Shown: positions 51,201 to 64,000 of the stretch, one piece after another
How positions within the stretch are numbered: the stretch's first letter is position 1
How the letters are laid out: the number at the start of each line of letters is the position of its first letter
Assembly (NCBI RefSeq): GCF_036365525.1
Contig: NC_090376.1
Location: 121,495,388-121,559,387 of the forward strand
Source of the DNA: Heterodontus francisci
Lineage: Eukaryota
Direction of reading: 5' to 3'
DNA: 64,000 nucleotides
Translations under genes and position numbers: made by a program
The notes under the pieces: model-generated
What the model saw: only the letters and a program-made list of their open reading frames with translations
Databases searched by the model: none
Told to the model about the DNA's origin: nothing

Positions 51201-52464
51201 TAACATAGCATTTTTTAAAAACAAACACAGCCTTCTGTCAAATAAACATATTTTTCTGCAATTAATTTTGTGTTGTGACCTTTCAGAACGATTGATTTTT
51301 CGTTATATAACAATATGCGTTACATTATTTCACCTGGGATGAATGGTAAATCTTACCTAAGTCAAACGATCTAATCGTGTTAAATTTCACTGACAAATTA
51401 TATTTCCAACTATTCACAACATATATATATTTCTATATTACTTATCTAGATGTTAAAAATGACAATCACCAAGTTTTATAGATGATTGAAATAAATAAAA
51501 AATGGAAATCAGAAAAATGACACAAAATGTACTTGAATCCCTGGTAAGGAGATACAATGAGAGATGTCGAGGACAGGGGAAACATTATTAGGCACAGTAT
51601 TTTATGATGCAAGAGAGAATGTCGACTTAGTTTAGCTAGATTGAAACATTGGCACATATGCATAAAACCCAACAACAATAAAAACGTAGTAAGATAGTCC
51701 TTGTGAAGACTGGTGTCCTGATCTATATTACGCTTTCCTTCATATCTTCAAGCAAGATGAAAACAGAAGATCTTGTCCTGTCACATTTATGCACTTCCAA
51801 CCAAGCCAACTCTGGTAAATAGGTTTTCAACTGTAAAACACAATGGAATATTAGGGTGCCCTTTCTTTCCACCCGTCGGTTTAAATATTTCCCCTACGTT
51901 TATTTATGTGTAATTTGATACACCGATATTAATTTATAATAGATCATAAAAGACGAAATCGAATTTCAGAAATCATGCATATATTATTCTTCCATCAATT
52001 TACATTATTTGCCGCACTTTGTTCAAATATTTCCAAACCCTTAGTTTTATTTGTGAATGCGTATACGCTTTAGAGGCATATGAAGTTTCAATTAGTGCTC
52101 ATGTAAAAATAATTACCCTAACTGATCTGAAAATTGGTTATTGGTTATTATAGTCATATAGTAACAATGAGCTCTGGCTATATTTACATAATTACAGCAT
52201 AATTTTGATTACTGTAAGTGAGTTCAAAATTGATAGAATGCTGTAAAATTCCAAGATATAACACGACTTCCGTTATATTTACATTAGAATTGTAGAATCA
52301 GTTTATAAATGATTTGTGGAACCAATTTTTTTTAAAAATCTGTAAACAAATCACTATTCGTACAAGTGATATGTCACCAATACTTCCTCGCCAAGAAGCG
52401 ATTTTAAAGACTGTTCATAATCGCAACTAACATTCCTACATAAAATGCTTAAATTCTCCGGAGG

Positions 52465-52800
52465 TGGGTAGGGGCGGGGCGGGGAGGGGGTAGTTTATTG
52501 CAATTCTTTAATGACCAGTTATGGGGTTTCCATGCCATATGAGCCGGTTAAAACAAGTGCCTATTTTCCTGAAGTTTCCGAGTCAAAACTTAAGCAAGAG
52601 GAACATTGTGGGAAGTGTGAGCAGGAGGTGGGAGGATCCCGCTGCGCCGCTCCGCTCAAAACGGGCGAATTGCCTGAACGGCGCATCTGCCAATCACCCC
52701 AAAGTCGCCAATCCCGGCCCTGCCATCTCTGAACTATATTTCCCCACTGTGTCGCCTAACCGCTCTATGTTCTGCCAATCGCTTGAGGACAGAGTGAGAA
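52465..52800 (+). promoter_or_regulatory. Candidate ZIC5 promoter
   Basis: Tandem GC boxes GGGGCGGGGCGGGG at about 52471-52484, three CCAAT boxes (52690, 52708, 52775), CpG-rich. Confidence 0.6.
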
Positions 52801-52940
52801 AGGCAGAGTTAAGAGTGCTCAAAAAAGTGCTTTAACTGCGCTCAATAATATATTTTTAGGCTTTGTTTTTGGGGGGTGGGGGGCGGGAGGGTGGGGGGTG
52901 GGGGGAAGAGAAAAAAAAACTGTACCACCAACTAGCGTGG

Positions 52941-52958
52941 ATGGATAGGCTTGTGTAG
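52941..52958 (+). promoter_or_regulatory. Upstream ORF (MDRLV*) ending 2 nt before the ZIC5 ATG
   Basis: ATG GAT AGG CTT GTG TAG tt ATG, read directly from the sequence. Confidence 0.65.
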
Positions 52959-52960
52959 TT

Positions 52961-53963
52961 ATGGAAGCCGCGTTAAGCAAGCGGAATCCGGGACTGAGAT
53001 TAGCGGACTTGGCAGCAAACAAATACCATCCCCATCAGAATATGTCAGGCTTCCCGGGGCTGGGGAGCCATACACACATCCACCCTGGGGAGATGAACAA
53101 CGATCCCAGCGTGACTCTCACCCCTTTCGGGCCCGAGCACACTGCTCTCAAACTCAGTCCATCTCAACACATGGCTGGACATCCCGAAACGCAGACAGCG
53201 GCGATTTTCGGCTCTGCACAGAACTCGGTCAGCTACCCAGCGGGTCATTCCCACTCAGGCTACGCAAGCGGCAGGGACTACATCCTCAGGAGAGATCTCT
53301 CAGCATCTGCCATGCATGGACTGACTGAACAGCACCCATCTTCTTCCTCCCTTCACCATCAGCACCACCATCACCACGGCGTGTTTCTATCCACAACAGG
53401 TAGTTACGGACACCCGGAGATCTTCCCGGGGCTCCACGAGCAGTCTGCACCGGGATCCCACCACACTTTAAACGGACAAATGCGCCTGGGGTTGCCGGGG
53501 GATCTCTATAGGCCAGAGCATTTTAGCCACAGAGCTGAACACTATCCGGCCTCTTCGCTGCACTCTTACAACTCCATGAACTTAAATGTTAACCTGGCAG
53601 CGGCTCACCATGGAGCCGGTGCATTCTTTAGGTATATGAGACAGCCCATCAAGCAAGAGTTAATCTGCAAGTGGATTGACCAAGAGGAGACTTCAAAGAA
53701 ACCTTGTTCTAAAACTTTCAGCACCATGCATGAGTTAGTAAACCATGTCACTGTGGAGCATGTCGGAGGACCCGAACAGAGCGTTCACATTTGTTACTGG
53801 GAGGATTGCCCCAGAGAAGGGAAACCATTCAAGGCGAAATACAAACTGGTAAATCATATCAGAGTTCACACAGGCGAAAAGCCTTTCCCGTGCCCGTTCC
53901 CGGCCTGTGGTAAGGTATTCGCACGCTCGGAAAACTTGAAGATTCATAAAAGGACTCACACAG
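52961..53963 (+). CDS. ZIC5: Zinc finger protein ZIC5, coding exon 1
   Basis: [19 protein letters not shown] matches the ZIC5 N-terminus (MEPPLSKRNPPALRLADLA, recalled). Contains [11 protein letters not shown] and ZF1-3; 1003 nt with donor CAG|GTTAGT; head-to-head with ZIC2. Confidence 0.95.
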
Positions 53964-56900
53964 GTTAGTGCTTCTAAACAGTTTTCGCTTTGTTCCAAAG
54001 GCCCTCAACAAGCACATCTTGCTATATCGCGGGCAAAGCACTGTTAAGTTAAAAAGAAAAGTGATTACTTTTCCTGAATTGCGAATCTAACGAGTATCAT
54101 TCTCAATATCTCACGAGTACGCTCGTAAACTAATATACTTTATCTACACAGGCTCACAAATTTTAGAATGTGCAACTAAAGCAACGCAGTTTCATTTGAA
54201 AGATTCTGGAGATTTGGGATGTAAGCTAACAGGCCGGGAACATTTTCAAACGGGTTTAAAACTGTGGCGTTCCTTTGTTTCCTGCCCGGGAATGACGATT
54301 CAAGATGTCACAAACTTAAAATGAAGCGACCAGCGCGATTATTGGAAGCGCTGTCAGGGCTGGTTTTAAGAGGCGAAGGCTCCAATTAAAGTCATATATT
54401 TCAATCCAACTTAAAAAAAAAGAATGATCAGGATAAAGTGAAAGACAAGAATTATAAATTAGGATAGGAAGATTTCAACGCAGTCTTGTGAAAGGCTTAG
54501 GAAAAGGAAGGGAATCAAGTTTGTAATCAGACCGAACAAGTTGGACATTTTGGTGTTGAAATATGGTCTTTAAGAGTCTCTGAGAGAAACTATGCCGATA
54601 CACTTACAGGCAGCATGCTAGTGTTCGACTTCATAATTAGAATCATGAAGATTTTTGTGATCTAACGGCAGTAAACACGCCGAAGGATGAATCACTGCAT
54701 CTAAATCCCCCGAGGGTGCGCCCTATCTAACTTGAACAAAGTTTACTACGGATCTCTCGTATATCGTTTTAGTTCCTGGCGAAATCAGGTAACCTGGTCA
54801 GAATTTATTGTTGCAGACAGATATTATCCCTTGGAGAATGTTTATTGACGTATGCTTTGCTTAATTGTTTCTACTGATTTATAGCGTGCTGTCACAGGGT
54901 ATAAACAGATAGTGTTACACCTATTCGTTTAATGCCTTCTTAATTTGTTGTTTAAATGTTAAAGCAAATGGTCCATGACTGCTCTGATTACAGATTTTAT
55001 CTAAAGAATATGTTGCACAAGTTTTTTTTTTAAAAAGCATGGCGAAGTGGGGAGTGGCAGCGAACTGGGGACCTGTATTCCAGCTGTGTTAGTAAAGAGC
55101 CAATTGTGGGATAGATCCTCCATCTCTACTATAAGAGGAATGTGGAAAGAAATGAACAAGTTTTAAAACTTCAATTTTATTTAAATCGAGGTATTCTATC
55201 TTTCCAGCACTGTATGCTAAAGCAGGAATTATAAATGAGGACAGTACAACTCACTGGAGTAGTGAACACTCCTGTTTCCTTGTGTCTTTTCAAGGCCTTT
55301 TCCTGGTTGCAAACTCGAGCTATAAAATGGCCATTTGTTAACCTTTTGAATAGTGTCCACTTCGACCTAAAAAAAACTGGAGTTCAGGCAGGAAACGTTA
55401 ACTGGTCACATAATAATTACTTTAAAAAATGGGTCATAGATTAAAAATAACACAAAAATGGTAATTAGCGTCACACAGGGAAGCAGAATTACTTTCTTCA
55501 CTCCAGTGAAGCTACAAGGTAAAGTGCTCCTAAACTTCGAGTCCATCCCAACAAATGGAAATGCTGTTGCTACCAGTATGTTAAGGAGTAGTTGCAGTAT
55601 ATAGTTCGCCGCAGAAACACAACTGCGCTGCAGGAGCTAGTTTCGCCACTGCATTTCAAAGACTGTGTTTGGAAAAATAAAATACAGATATATGTCAATG
55701 TAACCTCAGGCATAAGCACGCACAATATGGCGATGAGAGCCAAGTGTGTTGGTAAAGTTAATTACCATAATTCTGTGCTTTAAAAAATTGTGTTTTCGAA
55801 TGGATATGTGTTATCCGCCTTTTGGTTTCAGGGTTGCAGAATTGATAAGATTGGGAAGCCCTAAGTGTTCAGCCACATGCGTTGTCTTACCCTGGGGTTT
55901 GCTGAGAGTGTGTGTTGTGTTTGATACATCAAGTAGAATGGGCTTGTGTTTGTGTTGTCCAAACGAAGTCATTGATGTTATGAAAGCCACATCCTTATAA
56001 GAGGAAATTCTACTCTGGCTCTGCTTTGTATTGATTCACACAAAAAATGTGGTCTAAACAATGCAGCTTAAATAGGACGATGTCTTGGACCACGAGGAAA
56101 TATGACCACCAAACTGCACAGGTTCATAATGACAGGAAAGTGATGCCAGGTTCAAATGGGTTCTGTTTACTCGCAAAGTCAGGAACGAGGTTATGTTTGA
56201 GGGCGAATCCGTTTTTATCAGTCAAGTGCTTTCTGCATCTCAGCTCACGCAAAACGCAACTCGGCAATCAAAAGCTGTCAGTGTCTTTTTCCTAACATGC
56301 AGCTTGGGGCGAGAAACTCCGAAGGAACCGCCAGGCCAAACGCCAGGCGCATTCGAAGTGCTAGTTTATGACCAGCCTGTGGGATTCATGCACTGCATCG
56401 AGCTGCAGCAGAGCTAAATATAAATATTTACAATATACAAATAGAACCGAGCTGGCGGAGAACTGGAAGGCGCCGATGGTCACTGCATTAGTTCATCTCC
56501 ATCTCAAACCCTACGTAAGAATATTAGCACGAAATGCATCTAAAACAGGGAGATTTTTTAAAAAAAAGATTCCGCCAAGTGCATGTCAGATTCTAAGATA
56601 TTGAATGCAAGTAAGTTTCAACCATATTAGAACGAACAGTCCAAATATTTTAATTATGCAAAATGCGTGTTCTTACAAAGATGGCCACCAATCCTGGTGT
56701 TATTGTCCACATTCCATTTAACTTCAAGCACAGGATCGAAATAAACAATAACGAATGTGATATGAATCCGATTTCCATTGAAAACCTAATCTAAGAATAA
56801 ACATGTAAGCGAGATAACTGGCTGGCTAGTTTTTGAGAAGTTGGCCTATATTTGTGGCGTTGCTCCTGGTGATTTGGGAAATGTTAATGTAACATGCCCT

Positions 56901-57565
56901 AACTCTTAATACTGTACATAAGTATCAGATTACTAGGGACCGAATTACAGAATAAACAGTGAAAGGAACGCACTAAGGTGAAAAAAAGCGAGGCCCCGGC
57001 TTGATCTTCACAGTGGCCTAACCGGTTTAATTCGACTTTTTACAGATTTTAAACTGAACTAATCCTGACTATTCAAATATCAAGCACCAATATTCCCTTC
57101 GCAATTACCCCGCCGAACAGCCTGGAAGGTCGTATGAAAGAGAAAGATAAATTTTAAAATATATCAGCGGAAGTATTTTTTTAAAGTTGTCTTAAAACTT
57201 CTGGCCAACGAGTTTACAATCATATCAGCGCTAATTTCACTTTCCAAGTTAAACCTTGGGGATTAAAACTGTTAGTCGAAGTTGAAAGCTTTTCAATATT
57301 TTAGAGGAAGCATGTGGAATTTGCCTGAAATGCGTTTTAGGCAGAGAGATGACTTTAATTTTCGCATATTATTCAGGACAATCTTAGGAAACAGAAACGA
57401 TCCCACCAAACTACAGAGTAAATTAAGTAATTTGCTTTCAAAACTGAGTTTTCCATATGTCCTCCAGAACACAAAGGAAAGCTATGATATCTCGTAGATC
57501 CCTTAACTCCGCCAGCTGGCCACCGTCGTAAAGTCTCCACTTTAAAAACATGTATAATTAAAAGA

Positions 57566-57672
57566 AGAAAACTTGCATTTCTATCGCGCCTTTCACGATC
57601 TCAGGACGTCCCAAAGCGTATTACAGGCAATGAAATACTTTTTGATGTGCAGTCACTGCTGTAATGTAGGAA
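57566..57672 (-). mobile_element. Isolated SINE 3'-tail fragment in the ZIC5 intron
   Basis: CTTGCATTTCTATCGCGCCTTTCACGATCTCAGGACGTCCCAAAGCG...GTAATGTAGGAA matches the tail of the Deu-like SINE. Confidence 0.8.
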
Positions 57673-57815
57673 CTTACTTATGTAACCAAGACTAAAATCA
57701 TTGCAATAAACGTTTGAATTCTGAACAGTCTACACAATCAGTAGAAAAATGAAAAAATTACTGCGTAAAACCCCTCGATTTTGTCCCCTCATTGTGTTTT
57801 TCTTATTATTTGCAG

Positions 57816-58249
57816 GAGAGAAGCCTTTTAAATGCGAGTTCGATGGCTGTGACAGAAAATTTGCCAATAGCAGTGACAGGAAAAAGCATTCTCATGTCCA
57901 TACCAGTGATAAGCCGTACAACTGTAAAGTGAGAGGCTGTGACAAGTCTTACACTCATCCTAGTTCGCTTCGCAAACACATGAAGGTGCATTGCAAATCT
58001 CCCCCACCTCCTCTCAGCTCTGGCTACGAGCTCTCAAACACATCCTTGGGGATGGTGTCTCCGGCCTCAGAACCAGTCAGGGGCCGCACTGCCAGCGTCT
58101 CTTCGCAAGTCACCAACCTCAATGAATGGTATGTCTGCCAGGGGAGCGGGGCTGCCAATAGCCTCCACACACCTTCAAGCAATGGCACCTCATCCGACAC
58201 CGAGGATGAGGAGGCCTACAGGAACTCTGATCCCAGGACTATGCTCTGA
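57816..58249 (+). CDS. ZIC5: ZIC5 coding exon 2 (ZF4-5 and C-terminus ...[11 protein letters not shown]...[16 protein letters not shown]...)
   Basis: tatttgcAG acceptor, phase 1; ZIC5-specific tail after NEWYV. The two exons total 1437 nt = 478 aa plus stop. Confidence 0.96.
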
Positions 58250-59733
58250 CATAGGAGTGTTGGAGAAGTGTGCATGTGGGCACCATGAGAAGTGCCAAGA
58301 GAGGGTTTGTGGCAATGGCGGCCATCAAATAAAACCAGTCAAGGTGTCCTATGGCCATCTTAAACCAACTAGGTTCAAACCTCGTAGGAAAACAATTTAA
58401 GGGCTATAGACCTGATCCTATGCAGCTTTCTGGCCTATGCTCTCAATCTCTGTGTCAGCCAAGATTATTGTGTGAACATCGAAGCTAAAGAGACTCACAA
58501 TTTGATTTCTTTTAAGACTGTAAATATTGAGTATATGAAATCAAATGTGACTTAAAGAAATTAAAACATATCATCTGACCTACATCGGGCTAGTAATAGT
58601 ATTTACTGCCGAGCAGAAAACATCTCCGCTTTCTGGAACTGGTAGACTACATATCCAGCCTTTCTTAACTCCCCATACAGACAATTCCCCTCGAGTGCTG
58701 GAAATGGCTTTTAGGGCAGTGTTGTAGTGTAACAAATCGACGGTCTGAGCGAAGGGATCTCCCACACTTCTGTGACATGACGGTGGCCAATATGATACAA
58801 GCTCTGGAGAGGAAAAGATCGCCACGTTGACCCGGTACTGTCGGGGTTCGGTTTTAAAACACAAGCAAGAGTTCATGTATATCTGCCCCAAAATATGCAC
58901 TGTTGCAAAAAGAGCTGAATTAGGACTTTCCTATTACATGTGAAACGAGTCACACATCCGTAATGCTGAAACTCGCGAGGACTCTATTTGACCATGTGAA
59001 ATCAATACCGACAATATATCAACTTTTAAAACCAAGGGCCCTGGGATTCTGTAGAACCAACCTTTTATGTGATCTTCTATCCACCATGGTATAGTCAAAA
59101 TATTCATACTTTCCTTATAATTATTCAGGCCTTCATACAAACAAACTAAAGAGCACTAATATGTCCTCAGAGGCCAGAAGACGCCAAAATGACAGGCCTG
59201 TCCCTGTAGGGTTTGTACATAATTGTTGTGGGCTGCTAGTCGTTGATATAATCGTTAGCTACCTTAAGATTTTCGTCCGTAAATGCTCTTTTATTTGTAA
59301 ACTATAATTTATTTGCTGATGTGTAATATCTTTCTGCAATAGTACAGATACACCAAAGAATATATTATTACGTTTGGTGCAGTATCGTGGTGTTTATGAA
59401 CCTGTGGATTGTCAGAACATTTATTTTCTGCTTACTTGAATGAAATGTGAAATGTGAAAATGAAAATATGTGATTGTTTATTTCTTCCTGGTGCTGTAAC
59501 TACAGTATTGGTGCATATGTTATTATTACGATGCATGTTGCAGTCATTTTGCATTTCCCTTACATTAACAAACACTGCTCAGAACCTCTGATTGGAATCT
59601 ACAAACCCAAACAAAAATGCAACGGAGAGATAACAGTCCCTTTAAAGCAATGAACGATCTACGTGTATTTCGATTTAGAAATGTGTTTCAGTGAAGGAGG
59701 TTTAACCATGTGACAATGTATTTTAAAATTGTG

Positions 59734-59739
59734 AATAAA
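59734..59739 (+). terminator. Candidate ZIC5 polyadenylation signal AATAAA
   Basis: AATAAA about 1.5 kb after the stop, followed by GU/U-rich sequence; Pumilio-type sites at 58519 and 59214 in the intervening UTR. Confidence 0.55.
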
Positions 59740-62700
59740 CAAATATTGTTTTTCCTCAGCGTTAATAACCGTATTGTGTGTTAAATGTGTAAATCCTAAG
59801 CATAAGTCCTTGGATTGCGGATATGGAAATCCTTATCTCGAAGATGGAGAATCAAATCATTTTGGCTAATGACCTAAAGCTAAATGATTCAGGGCGCTTG
59901 ATGTACCTTTTATTTTCATGTCTATTGTTGCATGAGAACCTTTGTCTCTGGCCAATATTTACCTGTCTATCGCATACAGGACGCACAGAAGGACTTTAGT
60001 AAACATGGAAGATGCTACTTGGGTAAAATTGGCAGACGGGAGATGAAACAATTCCTAATATTGTCTGTAATTAACATTTCGACATGACGTCAAAGGGTAA
60101 GAAAGGGAGTCACGTTTTCCCTCTGGGATTGTATTGCCTCCCCTCCCCGCCCCACAACTCCAAAAATACAGGTAAGCAGCGAGCTGCAAGGTATACTAGT
60201 TGTAAATTGATGTCTAAAACAGGTGACAAAATCCATCCCTCTTTTACAAATCCAAACACATGTACACGAAGATATTTAGTTGTGGCTACTTTTAACAGAT
60301 TGGCAGTGATGTTGTAACATTGCACTTGATGGATTACACACAAACAGTACACGAATCTCCAGTATAAAAACAATCCAGAAACAGTTCAAGCCAAAAAAAA
60401 AAGGAGAAAGTCAATTTCTGTTCGTCTATTCCCCGAAATCCCAGATTTAATTGTCGACTTTTCCAAAATTCCATGCCTGTCTCATAACTGCCAAATTTGG
60501 TCCGAGAATCAATATGGATAATTGTGTTATTATCGGCGGTCGACTTTAAATGTGATGTTGGCGGCGTTTTCGCTTTATAAATGAGTTTTTAAAACAACTC
60601 GACCCATCAGATAAAGTGGTTTTAACATGCAACTTCACTCAGTATCGCCTTGTTAGGGCAGGTATCTTACACCGTGCAAAAGGCTGAGATATAATCTCTG
60701 CGAACTCAAGACATAGAGCAGGCAAGCCTGGGGGTGGGTTTTCCAGTTTAATGTACATTCTGCTGATACATTGCTGATAGAACGAAGCAACAGGAACCAC
60801 ATTCCTTTTGGCCAAAGTGTCAAACAGCAGATGGAAATGTGGGTAAAAGAACAGACCCGGGAAGCAAGAAAGCAATTCGAAGAATGAGTGATATGTCTCC
60901 TAAATGAAATAGGTTGTTTCTGTGAGATTCACAATTAAAAGCATATGAGGCAGAAGAAGACTCATGTAAATGAAGGCGCCAATCAATGGGGAAACTTATA
61001 GCTCTCTAATGAAGTTTCTGGTGAAAGGAAGGGTTGTACAAAGGCATCCAGACATGAATCATTCATGGCAGATATAAAAGATAAAAGATATCCAACAATA
61101 AGCAGATCGTTGTAAAGAATGTAAAAAAACACGCTTTCCCTCCGTACTTGCTGCATTAAAACGCACAATCTCGCTCTCCTAGTATTCACTATCCCTTCCT
61201 ATAGAGTTAAAATGTGACCAGTAGCAGTCCTGCGCCACTTCAAAGCAATCTACTCCAGAGCGGAAGACTTGGCGCTTGGACACTCTTCATGCTGTGTTAG
61301 GATTTCTATGGCAATTGGCAAACCCGATCTCCACATTTGAATATATTTACAATAAAGCTCACTTATTAGGTCTAAGCAGCACATGATTTAAGCGGAGATA
61401 ATGTCCATCCTCCCCCCCACCCCCCTAAACCGCCGCACGGTAACAACATACACCTTGCACTGCAGGAAAAACACATTTTTGTAGGGAATATGTGCTGCCT
61501 CATCAGTGAGTCTTGTCATTTGTTCAAGTACCGCGTCTCTAACTCTCAGGCAAGTAAACAGAAACACGAGTCAAAAGGGGACCCGTGTCCATTCCACACA
61601 CACATTATTTTTGATGTAAACATGTACATTCTGCTGATACATTGCTGAATAAACATGTTAAAACATTGATCAATGCCCTTTGTCAAAATTACATGGATTT
61701 CTTATAAATAATCGGCGGATAAGCAAATGATTTCGCTCAACCTTTTCAATTTCGATGCAGGCGAACGAGATTTTTTTTCCCAGGGTGCTGGCAGATTGGA
61801 TCAGAAATAATGTTGAAAACAGCATATATGCAGTCTAAACAAAAGGGATTACTGTCTCTTCAATCTATAGTGTGTGCAAGTGCGCTTGGTTTGGTGAGGA
61901 TCATGTTGTCCCTTTGCAGTTTACACGTGGAAGGAATCAGATGCAGAGCAGTTCAAGTGGTTTGATAAAAAAGTGGGATCACGTTTAAAGAGACAAGGCG
62001 CAAGTTTCTCCCCAAGGAATAACCCATATCTTTAGTTTGTCGCTGACCAATTTGGAGCAGCTAAGCATAACAAGAGTGGCGAAGAAGCGCAACCCAAGAC
62101 AACAACAAAAAAAAAAGCAAAAAAAAAAGCGCAAGAGTCTAATCAGGCAAGGGAAGGTTCAAAGGCAAAATGCTTTGAAATTCAAACTACTGCTTTTACG
62201 GTATATCAACATGGCGTGTTAAGATTGCTATGGCAATGAGCAAGCCCAAAACAGGCTGCATTCAAAGCAGTCTACCTCGATTCGCGACAGTCTATTAAGA
62301 TACAGTTGCATTGACCTTTAGTTTCATGCTATGTTAGTTCAGTCAATTTTCACTGCATCAGAATCTTTCATATTTTGTTTTTTTCCCCCCACTGGGCGAC
62401 TCTTTCCTCTGTACCGTACCTTACCCCTCCTTTTCCCCTCCCCCCTCCTTTCCAAATATCACTGAGTTTATTTTTATGGATGGGTCTTGAAGTGTTTACT
62501 CGGATCTTTTTTTCTCTTTTTTGGGGGGCTTACCAACCATTGTGTGCAATATGTTATCGCCCTTTGTTTATCTAATACAAGTACTCTGTGAATGGTGAAA
62601 AATAAACACGATGAAAAATAACCAAACAGATGATTCCTCCGAGTGAAAAACCCGGGGACTTAATAAAAGAGCGAGGCAGTCACCGTTGAATGGAAAATCC

Positions 62701-64000
62701 TTTGAAGTGGAACTTATTATCTGAGGAATACTTTGCCGTCGTCCTAACGACACAGCTGAATTGAAAAGCGTTCCCTTTTGTCAGCGATTTGTTCTCCTTT
62801 ACTAGAAAGCCCACTGGAATTACTTACATGAACTGCCTTAACATACAGACTGGAAATCAGTAACTTTGCAAGTCAGACTCTCAGACGCCACTCTGTTGAA
62901 TGTGAGGGGAGGTGGTGGGTGTGGGGTGAGGTGGGGGGAATGGAATAGCCGAAGATGAACAGATCGCAAGGGTTTTATGTGTGTGTATGTTGCAGAGGAG
63001 TAGCTACAATCTCGATTTCAGCTCCACTTCATGTATGTTCTTAAACCACCGCTTTAGACAGCATTATGACAGATATCTGGCCACATATTCCCCCATTCAC
63101 ACTCCGCCTCGCCACAAGATTAAAAAACAAGAGCACCATAGCTGGCTGACGCTTTTTCTCCCCTCTTTCTGCAAACCACATCCTGTTTTATCCAAATTTA
63201 TTCATAACAGATGCACAAGATAAACAATCGATTTCGGAGTCAAGCAGCAAAAAGAGTAAAGTGTACTTGGAAAGTTGCAAAATCGTTTTATCTTCTCGTG
63301 CAAGTAATTATTTATTTTGAAATATTTGTATTCCATCTGAGATTCCATATTACTAGAAAATAATCAGATGCGAATAATTTCACCACGTTAACAAGAGTAA
63401 TTGTATTCTAAAAACAGACTTTATGTGCAGTCCATTCTCAAATGTTCCCATCTTTTCTCGCTTGTTTCACTTTAATTGGAATGTATTTTTGGTTTGTAAT
63501 AATTAGCTAGACCCACATCTGAGCTTTTTAAAAAACGGAAATATTAAAAGGGACCCCCTAAATACATTTAGTACAGAATTATTTTTGTTGATTTTAAAAA
63601 AAACAGCTAATGTTTAATAGTTTCTGAAAATAGATTGTCTCTGACTATAATTTAAATATTATTATATTTAGCACTTTTTGCATTCTCTCCGAAGAGGGGC
63701 TGTCTTTTAGTCTGACCATCGTGAAAAGTAATGTACTTGCTGAGAACCGAGCACCAGTAGCACCATTACAAGCAGAGTGCATTAAATATTGAATGACACG
63801 AGGAAAAAAAGAGCTTGTCAAGGGGCACTCAGCCTGAAAGTCTTTCTTTGACTTTTTTCTGCACTGCCCTGTCCGACTATTTAAGCTGGTGTTAATTAAG
63901 GCTGCTTACGATTCAGCTCGATCCCAGCTTTGTCTATTTACTCACCAGACTTGTCAAACGACATCGTTAGTCCAACCAGCTTTTTGCACACATATTTAGT

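Noticed and set aside
41687-53963. Calling the pair ZIC1/ZIC4
   Set aside because: Diagnostic N- and C-terminal residues and the adjacent PCCA indicate ZIC2/ZIC5.
57749-57815. ATG-initiated 166-aa ORF as an independent short ZIC protein
   Set aside because: The first 22 codons are the polypyrimidine tract and acceptor of ZIC5 exon 2; there is no promoter evidence.

Overview
Eukaryotic vertebrate genomic DNA, most likely a shark or other cartilaginous fish, judged from the repeat families present. The window has two very different halves. The left part (about 1-31.6 kb) is repeat-dense and holds the promoter and coding exons 1-4 of PCCA (propionyl-CoA carboxylase alpha, minus strand). It also contains a decayed histone H2A pseudogene, tRNA-derived SINEs, CR1/L2 and RTE LINE fragments, a solo LTR, and two Penelope-like elements, each carrying a minimal hammerhead ribozyme motif. 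The right part (about 31.6-64 kb) is almost free of transposons and retains CpG. It holds the divergent ZIC2 (minus, 3 coding exons, 449 aa) and ZIC5 (plus, 2 coding exons, 478 aa) pair, matching the vertebrate ZIC5-ZIC2-PCCA synteny. The best leads are the Penelope hammerhead motifs (one lies sense within PCCA intron 3), a 5-codon uORF abutting the ZIC5 start inside apparently deeply conserved leader sequence, a three-level nested insertion delimited by TSDs, and candidate enhancers. I found no evidence for a wholly new protein-coding system. Comparisons to human proteins and repeat consensi are from memory, not from database searches.
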